Notes: generated from the sequence alone by a model not told the origin. A DNA stretch of 64,000 nucleotides from Terrimicrobiaceae bacterium (GCA_041752695.1 JBGSVZ010000047.1:1-64000); one strand, 5' to 3'. Positions 28,491-37,927 are shown, numbered from the stretch's first letter. Program-made: numbers and translations.

Positions 28491-28909
28491 GAATTGCCCC
28501 ACTGTTAGTCGGATCCCGGCGGTCCGACCAAAGGCCCTGCGCGCTCTGCGGGCAGAATTGCCAATAAATCCGTTTTATTGGCCCGTGGCATACATGTACT
28601 TCGGTGGGGACGCTGCAAGGGCTTTTCCAATCGGTGAAGGGATCGCGTTTTCTTTTCATGATTTCCCATTTTGGTCGTGTCAAATGACTGGCTAGCGCCG
28701 GGGCCATGTCGCCGGTGGCGCTCCCATTTAGAGAAGCGAACGTACGTTCGCTGCCACCGTCGGCAGGGAGGATTCTTCCATCGCACGGTGAACAGGGACT
28801 GATCCAGTTGGCGTAGGGACTGCATTCGCTCATACACCACTGGTGTGGTGTCAGCGCGGAACGGTCCAGACGCCCGGAATCGAGTAGGGGGGCTACTCGC
28901 CTTTTCTCC

Positions 28910-29413
28910 TCAGTCGACCGCGAATTTTCCCTGGGTCTCGATCATTACCTCCGCCCCATGGCGTTGCGCGAGGCGACGGCAGAGCATCGGCAGGTCGTCC
29001 GCGGGGGCTGAGCGCCGCAGGCCGGGAATGCGATCAACCGCCCCATCCCAGCGGGTCGGAACTTCCTCGCCTGCCACGGCGGCGAATGCTGACGCGGTGA
29101 GGGTCGCGCCATCTTCGAAGGTGAAGGTGCACCGGACAAAATAGCCCTCTCCCATATCAATGAGCCAATCGCGCACCACCGCGACAATCTCTTCATCATC
29201 CGTTGCGCCGGGCAGACGCACGGGGTTTTCGTCTGCCTGGTAGATCGAAGAAACGGTATTACTCCAATATCCGTCGTCGTCGAGAAGCACGACGATCCCG
29301 GCACTGAGCAGTGTGTATTTGGGCACAAAAACGTGGGCAGGATGTCCATCGATAACCATTCGAAGGACGGGATAACCTCCTGCCCACTCCGCGCTGACAC
29401 TTTCCACCTGCAT
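28910..29413 (-). CDS. Hypothetical protein
   Basis: 167-aa ORF in the leftward operon, 6 bp from the upstream gene. Confidence 0.6.
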   Translation of the reverse strand: MQVESVSAEWAGGYPVLRMVIDGHPAHVFVPKYTLLSAGIVVLLDDDGYWSNTVSSIYQADENPVRLPGATDDEEIVAVVRDWLIDMGEGYFVRCTFTFEDGATLTASAFAAVAGEEVPTRWDGAVDRIPGLRRSAPADDLPMLCRRLAQRHGAEVMIETQGKFAVD

Positions 29414-29419
29414 GGACTT

Positions 29420-29770
29420 TTACGACATGGCCTCTGGTGTCGCCAATGCGGCTGACCTCATCTCTGTGATTGCCTCTGCCGCCCCCGCGCCGGTCGGTGT
29501 CGCGAGGTGCTCGCGCCAGGCACGCAGGATTTCCGTGTCATCCTCGCCCTCCAGGCTTCCGATTGAGGCAACCCGCTCGCCCCCGGACCAATAGGTCAGC
29601 CAGCTGTTTATTGGCCTCATCTCATCGGCGGTGATCATGTGCTCGCGCCCAAATGCCTCGTGGAACCAAAGCACACGGCCAACAAACACGGCATCGACAA
29701 GGACAGCACGGTACCCGTCGGGCATCGAGAGGACCGCGCCTTCCTTCACCAGATCGGCCAGGATTGTCAC
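29420..29770 (-). CDS. Hypothetical protein
   Basis: 116-aa ORF, GTG start, tightly spaced in the operon. Confidence 0.55.
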   Translation of the reverse strand: MTILADLVKEGAVLSMPDGYRAVLVDAVFVGRVLWFHEAFGREHMITADEMRPINSWLTYWSGGERVASIGSLEGEDDTEILRAWREHLATPTGAGAAEAITEMRSAALATPEAMS

Positions 29771-29779
29771 TCCACGACC

Positions 29780-30136
29780 CTACCGAACCTCAGCGGCAAG
29801 CGCCAAGCCCTTATGGCGCGCCTCCCGTTCGATCTTCCAAGCCGCCTGTTGGGTTTCCCGATACCGCCAGGCCTCTGCGTGGAGACGTTGCATCTTTTCG
29901 CTCTCCTCGTCGGTCAGGCCCTCCTCCGGGCTGTAGGCGCATTCGATTTTGTCGAAAAATGCGCGCTGGACGTACTCTAGCGCGTGCGTCCGCTCATCGG
30001 ATCCGCTTGTCCGCAGGCTGCCAGTCAGATCGCTGGCAAACCGCGTGAGAATTTCCGACGGCTTTGCTCCGAACCGGATGGCCAAGGCTTTGATTTGAGC
30101 GGCCTCCTCAGGGGTGAGATCAATTGTGATTCTCAT
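29780..30136 (-). CDS. Hypothetical phage-type protein with RHH-like N-terminus
   Basis: MRITIDLTPEEAAQIKALA..G.KPSEIL..F..DL...SGSDER; ATG overlaps the upstream stop. Confidence 0.6.
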   Translation of the reverse strand: MRITIDLTPEEAAQIKALAIRFGAKPSEILTRFASDLTGSLRTSGSDERTHALEYVQRAFFDKIECAYSPEEGLTDEESEKMQRLHAEAWRYRETQQAAWKIEREARHKGLALAAEVR

Positions 30137-30444
30137 GGGAGGATGTTGATCTGAACTTGCGCAACAACCTGAACGGCAACGCCGCGGCCTCTCACTACGA
30201 CCGGCCAAGTGCGGAACTGGACCTTGCCCCCCATTGCGAGGCGGACAATTGAACCCTCCCGTGGGACGGCGGAATTGTCGACGATGACAATATCGCCTTT
30301 TTTTGCTCCTCGAAGGAGGCGGGAGCCACGAGTGAGCTTGAAAGCTTCAAGCTTGGGGGTGACTGCCTGGGGAGCGTCTGGAGGGTTGTTTTTTACCGGG
30401 CGGGGGTTATGGTCCTTTCGGACCCGGGGACTGGTTTTCTTCAC
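30133..30444 (-). CDS. Degenerate S24/LexA-peptidase-like domain protein
   Basis: AFKLTRGS..RGAKKGDIVIVDNSAVPREGSIVRL pattern without a clear catalytic Ser-Met/Lys; AAGGA RBS before GTG at 30444. Confidence 0.5.
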   Translation of the reverse strand: MKKTSPRVRKDHNPRPVKNNPPDAPQAVTPKLEAFKLTRGSRLLRGAKKGDIVIVDNSAVPREGSIVRLAMGGKVQFRTWPVVVRGRGVAVQVVAQVQINILP

Positions 30445-31225
30445 TGGATTTCCTTGGTTTTCGGGTCCTCGGCTCCGAAGGTGTTCTAGCACCTTCGGAG
30501 CCACTTTTGCTTTCGCGCTCCTTCTTCTCGACCCATTGCTGAAGTTGGAGGGTTATCTCTGCACTCGGCGCGCTTACGCCGTTGAGATAGGCATGCACCG
30601 CCTGAGGGGTGACCTTCAAGAAACGAGCCAATTCTGTTTGCTCACCGTGCCTCAAAGTGAGGGCGGTTGCTCGGGTTATCAGGTTCTCCAAGAGTGCGGG
30701 CATGGGCTCTACATTATCGCCCCCGCCTTTATTTTCAACCATTAATTTAATATAAGGGGAAAAATTTGCGTGGGCCAACTTCAAGCCTGCCTCCCGAATC
30801 CCCGCATTCCTTCCACCACACTCTCGTGCAAATGCCTCCACTATCTCCACGATGCGCGGAACCGCCAATCGTCTTCCTGCGTCATCAGTCGTGACGAAAT
30901 GATCGAGAAAAACGCTGATTTGGTGAACAGCCTCGGCGGCCTCCTCACGCAGGCCTGACTCCTCGATAGCCCTGTAGTACTCAGCGGTGGCGAGCCTGAC
31001 TGGATCTTCTTCTTCCCCAGTCAGAAGCCAATTTTGACTGACGCCGTAGTACTCAGCCAGCTTCCCCGCCACTTCCTCCGAGATGTGTTTCCTGGATCCG
31101 ACTTCCAATCGACTCAAATATCCTTCGGTGATGCCGGTAGATTCAGCTACCTCCCAGAGTTTCTTTTGCCGCGAGAGACGAAGCGTTTTCAGGCGAGATC
31201 CCAAAGGGACATTTTCTTGACTCAT
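30407..31225 (-). CDS. XRE-family repressor with two HTH domains
   Basis: N-terminal RLKTLR..LWEVAESTGITEGYLSRLE..G..YGVSQNWLLTGE and C-terminal QTELARFLKVTPQAVHAYLNG.SAPS. Confidence 0.82.
   Translation of the reverse strand: MSQENVPLGSRLKTLRLSRQKKLWEVAESTGITEGYLSRLEVGSRKHISEEVAGKLAEYYGVSQNWLLTGEEEDPVRLATAEYYRAIEESGLREEAAEAVHQISVFLDHFVTTDDAGRRLAVPRIVEIVEAFARECGGRNAGIREAGLKLAHANFSPYIKLMVENKGGGDNVEPMPALLENLITRATALTLRHGEQTELARFLKVTPQAVHAYLNGVSAPSAEITLQLQQWVEKKERESKSGSEGARTPSEPRTRKPRKSSEENQSPGPKGP
30471..30502. other. Perfect 13-bp hairpin
   Basis: GGCTCCGAAGGTG-ttctag-CACCTTCGGAGCC. Confidence 0.8.
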
Positions 31226-31344
31226 TTTGACTTCAGGATATTTTGATCAGCGATGAACCCGTTAAAGATGGCCCCGCACAGCGCGCACCGTCCCTAGAGG
31301 TGGAAAATTTCTTACAGTAGAACGCAGACCACGTCGAACCAGTC

Positions 31345-31782
31345 ATGGCCCAAGTAAATCCACCATCGATCAGATTGAAAACTCTGCTTCTCGAACGCGG
31401 CATGAGCCATATTGATCTGGCGAGTAAGCTCTCTGTTTCCAATGTGGCCGTTTCGAACATGTTGGGCGGAAATGGGAATTTTTCACGACTACGGAGGAAA
31501 GCCGAACTATTTTTAGGTGAGGGCATTTGGAGCGGTGAGGCTGCTTTCTCCCATAACAACATCGTTGCTGAACACATCGGAATCGATCCGATCCTGAGTA
31601 CTCTTCCCCAGTTGCGTCGCCGTGCGAAGCAGGTTGGGCTCACCAGCCTTTTCCGTCTTTCCCGCGAGGAGCTGATAACGCGAATTTTCGGTCAAATTTC
31701 CTGCATGAACATCGCAGGCACACCGGTCCCCCCATTCTCCAAACCATCCAGCAAAAGCAAGTCACAGTCCCCAAAATTATGA
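31345..31782 (+). CDS. Cro/Ner-like HTH protein
   Basis: RLKTLLLERGMSHIDLASKLSVSNVAVSNMLGG; divergent from the repressor. Confidence 0.72.
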   Translation: MAQVNPPSIRLKTLLLERGMSHIDLASKLSVSNVAVSNMLGGNGNFSRLRRKAELFLGEGIWSGEAAFSHNNIVAEHIGIDPILSTLPQLRRRAKQVGLTSLFRLSREELITRIFGQISCMNIAGTPVPPFSKPSSKSKSQSPKL

Positions 31783-32384
31783 ACCACGAAACCAACATTC
31801 AATCAGCCGTTAAGGCTGTCAAAAAATTCACCGAGCTGGCAAAACGCAATCTCCAGAACATCGCGGAAACTCGGAGGGTTCTCCCCCAAAAACGAGAAGA
31901 GCTCGAAGCCCTCCGCAAAATCGCCGACATCCGCATCGACGCCCATTTGAAGAAATTGGCGGACCTTCAACAGTGGGTGCAGATCTGCGAAGGGCTCTTG
32001 GAGCGGATACCTGAGAGCTTGGAGCCGGACAATAAAAAGCTCCGGGATGCAATTGATGCCCTGAACGGATCGATCTTGGATGCTGGTAGGTCCGAACGGG
32101 AGGCATTGATTAAAGAGGCAACGAAAGTCTTCATTCCGTTCTTTGGGTCGGAGGGCCACCTCGGCGGTGGGGGCACTTGCAACCCTTCACGAGTCGCGGC
32201 GGAGAGCATGCCCCTACTTGCGAGCGTCGTCACAGACGGAACCACTTGCTTGGGCTGCGTAGTCAACTACGGAGGAACCCCGGAGGCGAAGGCTGAGAAC
32301 TACATTGGCGAGGCATCCAAGTCGCTAGCCGTCGCGGAATCCTGGTTGAGGGCCGGCGGCAAGTTCGCTCAATACCTGAAATGA
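31779..32384 (+). CDS. Hypothetical coiled-coil protein
   Basis: ATGA-coupled to both neighbours; helical heptad-rich N-terminus. Confidence 0.65.
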   Translation: MNHETNIQSAVKAVKKFTELAKRNLQNIAETRRVLPQKREELEALRKIADIRIDAHLKKLADLQQWVQICEGLLERIPESLEPDNKKLRDAIDALNGSILDAGRSEREALIKEATKVFIPFFGSEGHLGGGGTCNPSRVAAESMPLLASVVTDGTTCLGCVVNYGGTPEAKAENYIGEASKSLAVAESWLRAGGKFAQYLK

Positions 32385-32593
32385 CCGATTTGGCAGAAAG
32401 CGGGCCAAATGGTGGTGAAGGATTTGAGTCCCTGTCACCACCAGCCGCCGCAGGAGCCGTTTCATCTCCTGCGGCGGCACGCCTCGCCAAGCGCCAGAAA
32501 ACACCGTTCCCGCTGTCTCGCCTCAAGCGCTTCACCAAAACGCCCTCCAGGCCACGGCGAAGCGCGGCGGATGGCATGCCTGAAATTTTCTAA
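32381..32593 (+). CDS. Small hypothetical protein
   Basis: ATGA-coupled to the upstream gene; fills the operon gap. Confidence 0.45.
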   Translation: MTDLAESGPNGGEGFESLSPPAAAGAVSSPAAARLAKRQKTPFPLSRLKRFTKTPSRPRRSAADGMPEIF

Positions 32594-32596
32594 ACC

Positions 32597-33082
32597 ATGA
32601 ATCCAATATACTCGAACGGTCCCGACAGTCCTTCGCCTGAGATTCGGCCAGAGGCTTTAGCCGCCGCACAACGTATTGCTGAGCGTCTTCAGATGTCCCG
32701 TCCCATCGCCCCTAGTTCCAGTATGGGCCACGACCTGAGATCATTTCTCGCGACGCTTTTCGGGATTCCGGCATCTTCTTCGGAAGAAGCGTTTTTAACG
32801 GCGGCGCGGCAGTTCCTCAAAGCTATTGGTTCCGAGGTTTTCGACAGCGACAGCGATGAAGACGCCCTCTTGCGCTGGAGGCTACAAGATCTCCAGGCTG
32901 AATTGAACCCGAACGAGATTGACCTTCAAGTGGCCAAAAATCTCGGCATCAGCGCCGAGGAGTGGAAGCGGGAGGCCCTCCGCCGTTTTGTCGCCCTGGC
33001 CACATCCGCCGACCTATCGCCGACCGACCGCGCCGTGGCCAAGCAACTCGGCCTTTCCCCAACGGAAATGGCCCTCGCCTAA
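32597..33082 (+). CDS. Mu gpI/gpZ-like capsid scaffold fragment (no protease domain)
   Basis: LATLFGIPASSSEEAFL, VAKNLGISAEEW and DRAVAKQLGLSPTEM resemble scaffold motifs of Mu-like protease I; lies directly before the decoration-like gene. Confidence 0.55.
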   Translation: MNPIYSNGPDSPSPEIRPEALAAAQRIAERLQMSRPIAPSSSMGHDLRSFLATLFGIPASSSEEAFLTAARQFLKAIGSEVFDSDSDEDALLRWRLQDLQAELNPNEIDLQVAKNLGISAEEWKREALRRFVALATSADLSPTDRAVAKQLGLSPTEMALA

Positions 33083-33106
33083 AATTCGACGAACCCAGAA
33101 AAATCT

Positions 33107-33619
33107 ATGTCAGCCGCAACTACAGGAATTAACACACCAACCCGGCCCGGAATTATCACCCGCTATCCGGTCGCCGCCTCTACAACCATCTACGGCGGAA
33201 CTCTTGCCGCGCTCAACTCGTCCGGGTTCCTCGTGCCGTCGGCGGATACCGCAGGCTTGCGAGTCATCGGCCGTGCCGAGGAAACCGTGAACAACAGCGG
33301 CGGAAGCGACGGCGATACCTCGTGCGATGTTCAAGAGGGTGTCTTCCTGTTGAACAACTCCGCCTCTGCCGCCGTCGATGCCGACGACCGCGGAAAGATC
33401 TGTTTCATTGAAGACGACAACACCGTGGCCGAAACCTCGACGCACAAGGTCAAAGCTGGCCGGGTCATCGATGTTGTAGAGGGAGGCGTGTGGGTGGATA
33501 CCCGCGCCGGCCAGCCCGCGCTGATTCCCGCAGCGGACACACTCACGGGAGCCGCCGACCTCACCGCGCTGAAAGCCGCGCTCATTCCCATTCTTCAGGG
33601 AGCCGGAATCGTAAAATAA
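33107..33619 (+). CDS. Capsid decoration/cement protein (DUF2190-like) of Mu-like phages
   Basis: YPVAASTTIYGG.L.ALN..GFLVP, GRAEETVNN.GG.DGD, GK.CFIEDDNTV, AGRVIDV..GGVWVD. Confidence 0.78.
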   Translation: MSAATTGINTPTRPGIITRYPVAASTTIYGGTLAALNSSGFLVPSADTAGLRVIGRAEETVNNSGGSDGDTSCDVQEGVFLLNNSASAAVDADDRGKICFIEDDNTVAETSTHKVKAGRVIDVVEGGVWVDTRAGQPALIPAADTLTGAADLTALKAALIPILQGAGIVK

Positions 33620-33623
33620 TCTG

Positions 33624-34073
33624 ATGTCCAGAGAACCCTGCAAACCGCAATATTTGATGCTTCCCCATTCCTGGGAAAGCATCGTGGCTTTGCAGGGTCT
33701 CAGCGTCGCCCAGATCGAGGAAAGCATCGCGGCACAGCCCGCGCTCTCTCAAGAGCAAAAGGACGCCTTTGTGGCTCGTGTGGAAACGCTCATACGAATC
33801 GCACAAGGCGTTTACGGAGGATCCACATTTGCAGTCGCGAGCAAGCCGTTCCAGATCTCCAAGGCCACGATTTTTCGGTGGTTGCAAGCGTTCCAGAAAA
33901 AAGGGCTCTCAGGACTAATCCCGATATGCAAAAGGTGCAGTCCCAAGAACCTCGCGGGAAGGAAAGCGCCGACCGTCGAACAGATGCGTTCGAAAGCCAA
34001 AGCCGACATGGCCGACATTCTCGCAATGGCGCAACGCCAGGGAAAAGTCACCGTCTCAAAACCGGGCAAGTGA
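33624..34073 (+). CDS. HTH protein resembling a transposase DNA-binding domain
   Basis: ISKATIFRWLQAFQKKGLSGLIP (HTH_23/HTH_28-like). Confidence 0.65.
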   Translation: MSREPCKPQYLMLPHSWESIVALQGLSVAQIEESIAAQPALSQEQKDAFVARVETLIRIAQGVYGGSTFAVASKPFQISKATIFRWLQAFQKKGLSGLIPICKRCSPKNLAGRKAPTVEQMRSKAKADMADILAMAQRQGKVTVSKPGK

Positions 34074-36593
34074 ATGCAGGCGTTCACAGCATCTCAATTG
34101 GCTCGCACCCTCGGAAAAACCCGCCAAGCGGTCTCAAACGCTCTGGAAAAGCGGCCGCATGTAGTGTTGCAGCCTTGCGAAGATACGGGTTTTCAGACGG
34201 CCAACGGCTGGACGTTGGACAGTCTACCCGATGCCATGAAGGCCACCTTGGCCCGAATGGCGAACACCGGCGGATACAGAAGTGTTTCGGACCTGATTCT
34301 GAGCAGCCCACAAAAATTTGTGGCATCCACTCCGCTGGCTGAAGTCGGCCCGGAAATATTGCAGCGGGCGGCATCGCTCCGCGGACATTTTGCCCCCATC
34401 CTTCGCCAATCGGATCGCCTTTCCCTCCGCGAAATGGCAAGCCGGGCCCATCTTTCCATTGCCCGTGGCGGTGAACTGAGGCTGGAAAATCAGCGGACGC
34501 TGAGGGACCGAATCAGCCGCGTCATCGACCGGGCTGGGCGTCGGTCAGACTTCGATAATATCGACATTTACGTTGAGGAGTTTCTCAAACCAAGTGGAGA
34601 GGAGGCCCCGGCGTCTAGGTCATCAAATGCCTGTCCAAACCTGGCTTTCTCTCTGCGAGAATATAGCGAGGAGAATAAGGTTCTTTGCCTCGGACAAATC
34701 TTTGAGGCGTCCCGAAAAGATTTCGATGCCCTGAAGGAGCGGATTGGCCAGAGGAAGGCCAAGGCTAAAATCCTCAATTTATTGGCGGCCAGTGGGATCG
34801 ATTTCGCTCCCACCCGGAATGCGCTTCGAGTCCGGCTCGATACCGTTTTTTCTCGGATGGACGATGGGTTGGCCGGAATCGAATTGATTCATCCCCCCTC
34901 CATTAGAAATCGAGGAGGCGCTCCGCTCGCCACGCTGAACGACGAGGAACTGAAGGAAGCGCGCAGACTTTACATTCAATTGGGCAGTAGATCGGCGGCC
35001 CTGCGCATGTTGGCGGCAAATCCCATTTGTCGGCAAGAAGTGGCCGATGTGATCCTGATGAAGCGCAGCTCAAAACACGCGATCACGCCGACGCTTCACG
35101 CTCAACTCTCGGCGATTCCGCAGGCTGTTCGCGACTATTACAAGTCCCCGACAAAGGTAAAACGAGAGGCATTCATCACGCCACGGACGAAAACGTTCCT
35201 CACCAGCCGCGGTGAGCAGGAAATTCTTCCCGGCATGCTCTGCGAGCGCGACGATATGTCGAACAACTTCATTTTCTGGATCGACTGGCCATGGGGCGGC
35301 GATCCGTGTTCCGAAAAATACGGCGTCCGCATCGCCCGGGGGCAAAACCTCATGCACATTGACGTTGGAAGTCTGCGCTTTCTCTCTCGCCTGATGCTCG
35401 TTCGCCAGCGCGACTCCTACCGCGCCGACGACATCTGGCAATGGGTTGGCCAAACCTACCGCGACCTTGGAATCCCGGAAATCGGTGAACGATGGGAACG
35501 TGGCATCTGGCAGGCAAAAAAACTCCAGGGCGACCCAACCGCCACTTTCGAGCCCGGTCACACAGACCAGGAAGCCCGCCTTGGCGGCATCAAGGCTCTT
35601 GGTCGCCAGATCATTGTGAGCCAATCGCCGACGACCAAAATCATCGAAAATCGCTTCCGGTATTTCCAACGGGTCTGCAACACCATCCCCGGACAGATCG
35701 GCGCGAGCCGTGGCGAGATGGAGAAGGTGAACAAGCTGTGGACGGAATGCCGCCAAGGTCGCCGCGATCCCCGCGATTACTTCCTCTCGTACCCTGACGC
35801 CTGCGCACAAATTGACGCCAAGATCCAGTGGGTGAACTCCGAACCCGTCGAAGGTGCGATCTACAACGGGATTCCTCATGAAATCTGGCAGCGAGAGGGA
35901 GGAGACCAGCGAATGACGCGCTTGCGCCCAGAACAAGCCTACCTGTTCAGCCGCGACCGCACCGTCGTGACTGTCACCAAGGGCCACGCCTTAATGCGTG
36001 TGACAGCTCCCGACAAACGACGCCAAGCCTGGTATTTTTATCAGAAGGATCTTTGGCGCTTCGAGGGCCACAAGGTCGCCCTTTATCTCGACAAATATGC
36101 ACCTGACGCCGGCGCAACCATCGTCCAAGCCGAAGGCCGCGACATCAACCAACTCATCGGCCACGCCGAGTTTGTCGATGGCTGCCCCCAATTCGCCCTT
36201 GGCCTCGCAGTCGGAACCGACGACACACGCGGAGCCGACGCCCTCGACCGGCGGAAAGCCTTCACAAACGCCGTCCAGGCCGACTATCGGGCCCTCGGTC
36301 TCACCCACACCATAGCAAAGGGAACCTATGCCTCCGATGGGCGCGGGGCTTCGAAATCAGTCGAGAGAAATTCGCAGCCGAACTTTCGCGAGACCTCCGC
36401 GGACGAAGCTTTCGAAAAGGCTCATTCGGCTCGCATTTCCGACGCCGAAATGGATGCCTCCTCAGAGGCGGCCGAGAAAGGATATTTTGAGTTGATCCGA
36501 CAGGGGCGGGAAAGCCTCCCACTCGATGCCGGAATAGTGGCTCGATATACCGAGTTCGAAAAACGCCGTAAGTTAGAAACCGCATCTGCATGA
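34074..36593 (+). CDS. Mu-like DDE transposase (MuA/TnsB-like)
   Basis: N-terminal wHTH FTASQLARTLGKTRQAV; catalytic-core patterns PG...ERDDMSNNF, IDVGS, GIP...ERWERGIW, P.TKIIENRFR; C-terminal beta-barrel RTVVTVTKG. Confidence 0.8.
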   Translation: MQAFTASQLARTLGKTRQAVSNALEKRPHVVLQPCEDTGFQTANGWTLDSLPDAMKATLARMANTGGYRSVSDLILSSPQKFVASTPLAEVGPEILQRAASLRGHFAPILRQSDRLSLREMASRAHLSIARGGELRLENQRTLRDRISRVIDRAGRRSDFDNIDIYVEEFLKPSGEEAPASRSSNACPNLAFSLREYSEENKVLCLGQIFEASRKDFDALKERIGQRKAKAKILNLLAASGIDFAPTRNALRVRLDTVFSRMDDGLAGIELIHPPSIRNRGGAPLATLNDEELKEARRLYIQLGSRSAALRMLAANPICRQEVADVILMKRSSKHAITPTLHAQLSAIPQAVRDYYKSPTKVKREAFITPRTKTFLTSRGEQEILPGMLCERDDMSNNFIFWIDWPWGGDPCSEKYGVRIARGQNLMHIDVGSLRFLSRLMLVRQRDSYRADDIWQWVGQTYRDLGIPEIGERWERGIWQAKKLQGDPTATFEPGHTDQEARLGGIKALGRQIIVSQSPTTKIIENRFRYFQRVCNTIPGQIGASRGEMEKVNKLWTECRQGRRDPRDYFLSYPDACAQIDAKIQWVNSEPVEGAIYNGIPHEIWQREGGDQRMTRLRPEQAYLFSRDRTVVTVTKGHALMRVTAPDKRRQAWYFYQKDLWRFEGHKVALYLDKYAPDAGATIVQAEGRDINQLIGHAEFVDGCPQFALGLAVGTDDTRGADALDRRKAFTNAVQADYRALGLTHTIAKGTYASDGRGASKSVERNSQPNFRETSADEAFEKAHSARISDAEMDASSEAAEKGYFELIRQGRESLPLDAGIVARYTEFEKRRKLETASA

Positions 36594-37927
36594 GTTCGAC
36601 ACGGGCAGCTTCAGATAATTCTGTCATCCGGCAGGAACGGTTTGCATCGAGCCCCGACTTGCGGGGCGATTTTCTTCTGGCAAATCTGGTGGCCAAGCGA
36701 TGCGCCACGATTACGGACCCGGCGCGTCGACGGTTGGTTCTTTGGATTCAGGAAATGAGCACTCGTTTCGGCTTCGAGACGCACCCAACATGCTCGCAGT
36801 TTGACGCCTGGCCACTGCCCTTCCCAAAGGCCTACAAAGGCGAGTCTGGCCTGGATCTTCTCGCGCTGGAGCTGGTCGAGCGTTCCAATCTCGAACCCCA
36901 TTTCGGAAACCGTGACGCGGCCAAACATTGGCTCATTCAGCTTGCCTTGGACCCAAGCAATGCGGCGTTCGACTTTTCGCAGAAATTCACTAAAATTGAG
37001 CGTCCCGAAAAGCTCCTGAATTTCATTATGGGCGACGTGCTTGCCGCTCCGTACTCCAAGGTCGCAGAAACCTGTACTAAGGCTGCTCTTTGGGATTTGC
37101 TCGACTACTGCCGCGAGAGCAGGAGCCTATGCCTGGCCGTCGGCCAATATCGGATCGGAAAAAGCCGCTCAGCCCAAGGATGGGCTCTCTGTCGTGGCGG
37201 TGGCGAGGCCCGGTACGTGTCTCTTACTTCGTCGCCGACTCAAGAGGCTTTCTTCCGGCAGATCGGCCGTAGCATTGGCGTGGCAACTTCTCTAAACTTG
37301 AAGGCGGGCGAGATTGCTGAGCGCATCACCAGTACACTCGCCGAGCGTCGAATAATGCTCATTTTGGACGAAGGCCAGTTTCTTTTGCCCCAAACGTTGA
37401 GAACCAAACAGGCCCCAGCGCGGATTACCTGGCTGATCTCGACTCTTTGCAACGCCCGCGTCCCGGTCTGTATTGTGGCCAATCAGGACTGGCACCGATT
37501 GCTGACTTGCCTCAAACGGGCAGTCTCTTGGTTCGGTTTTGAACAGTGGGAAGGCCGACTGCATCGCTCCGTGGATTTGCCGATCTCCCTTACGGAAACC
37601 GATCTTCGTAGTGTTGCCCAGCAACTCGCACCGGAGGCAGATAAAGCGACCCTCACCCTTCTGGCAGCCTGCGCTCTCAGACACTCTGGTCACATTGCAA
37701 CTATCGAGCATGTTGTCGAACTGGCCCGGCATCTGGCCAAAGCGCAAGGCGCATCGTTCGATTTCGATTTCTGCCAATTGGCTTACGCCGAGATCGATAA
37801 AAGCTTTCAGCCCCGGTTTGCCCCGAAGCCTTTGCGGATCGTCCGCAGTGGCTCCGCGGCTCTTCCGCGACCCGATTCCGAACGCAAAGTACAAGACCCC
37901 GCCCCCGGCGCTCTTTTCGCCTTGTAG
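36590..37927 (+). CDS. AAA+ ATPase, MuB/TnsC-like
   Basis: Walker A GQYRIGKS, Walker B MLILDEGQ; ATGA-coupled to the transposase. Confidence 0.82.
   Translation: MSSTRAASDNSVIRQERFASSPDLRGDFLLANLVAKRCATITDPARRRLVLWIQEMSTRFGFETHPTCSQFDAWPLPFPKAYKGESGLDLLALELVERSNLEPHFGNRDAAKHWLIQLALDPSNAAFDFSQKFTKIERPEKLLNFIMGDVLAAPYSKVAETCTKAALWDLLDYCRESRSLCLAVGQYRIGKSRSAQGWALCRGGGEARYVSLTSSPTQEAFFRQIGRSIGVATSLNLKAGEIAERITSTLAERRIMLILDEGQFLLPQTLRTKQAPARITWLISTLCNARVPVCIVANQDWHRLLTCLKRAVSWFGFEQWEGRLHRSVDLPISLTETDLRSVAQQLAPEADKATLTLLAACALRHSGHIATIEHVVELARHLAKAQGASFDFDFCQLAYAEIDKSFQPRFAPKPLRIVRSGSAALPRPDSERKVQDPAPGALFAL

Noticed and set aside
28444..28840. ORFs 28505-28840 and 28444-28833
   Set aside because: Overlapping alternatives with no recognisable features; cannot tell which, if either, is real.
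30133..30520. Programmed -1 frameshift fusing the repressor to the S24-like ORF
   Set aside because: The downstream ORF is in the +1 frame, no canonical slippery heptamer precedes the hairpin, and the ORF has its own RBS and GTG.
34074..37927. Tn7/CAST assignment
   Set aside because: No recognisable TnsA, TniQ/TnsD or Cas genes; the phage structural genes and N-terminal wHTH point to a Mu-like lineage.
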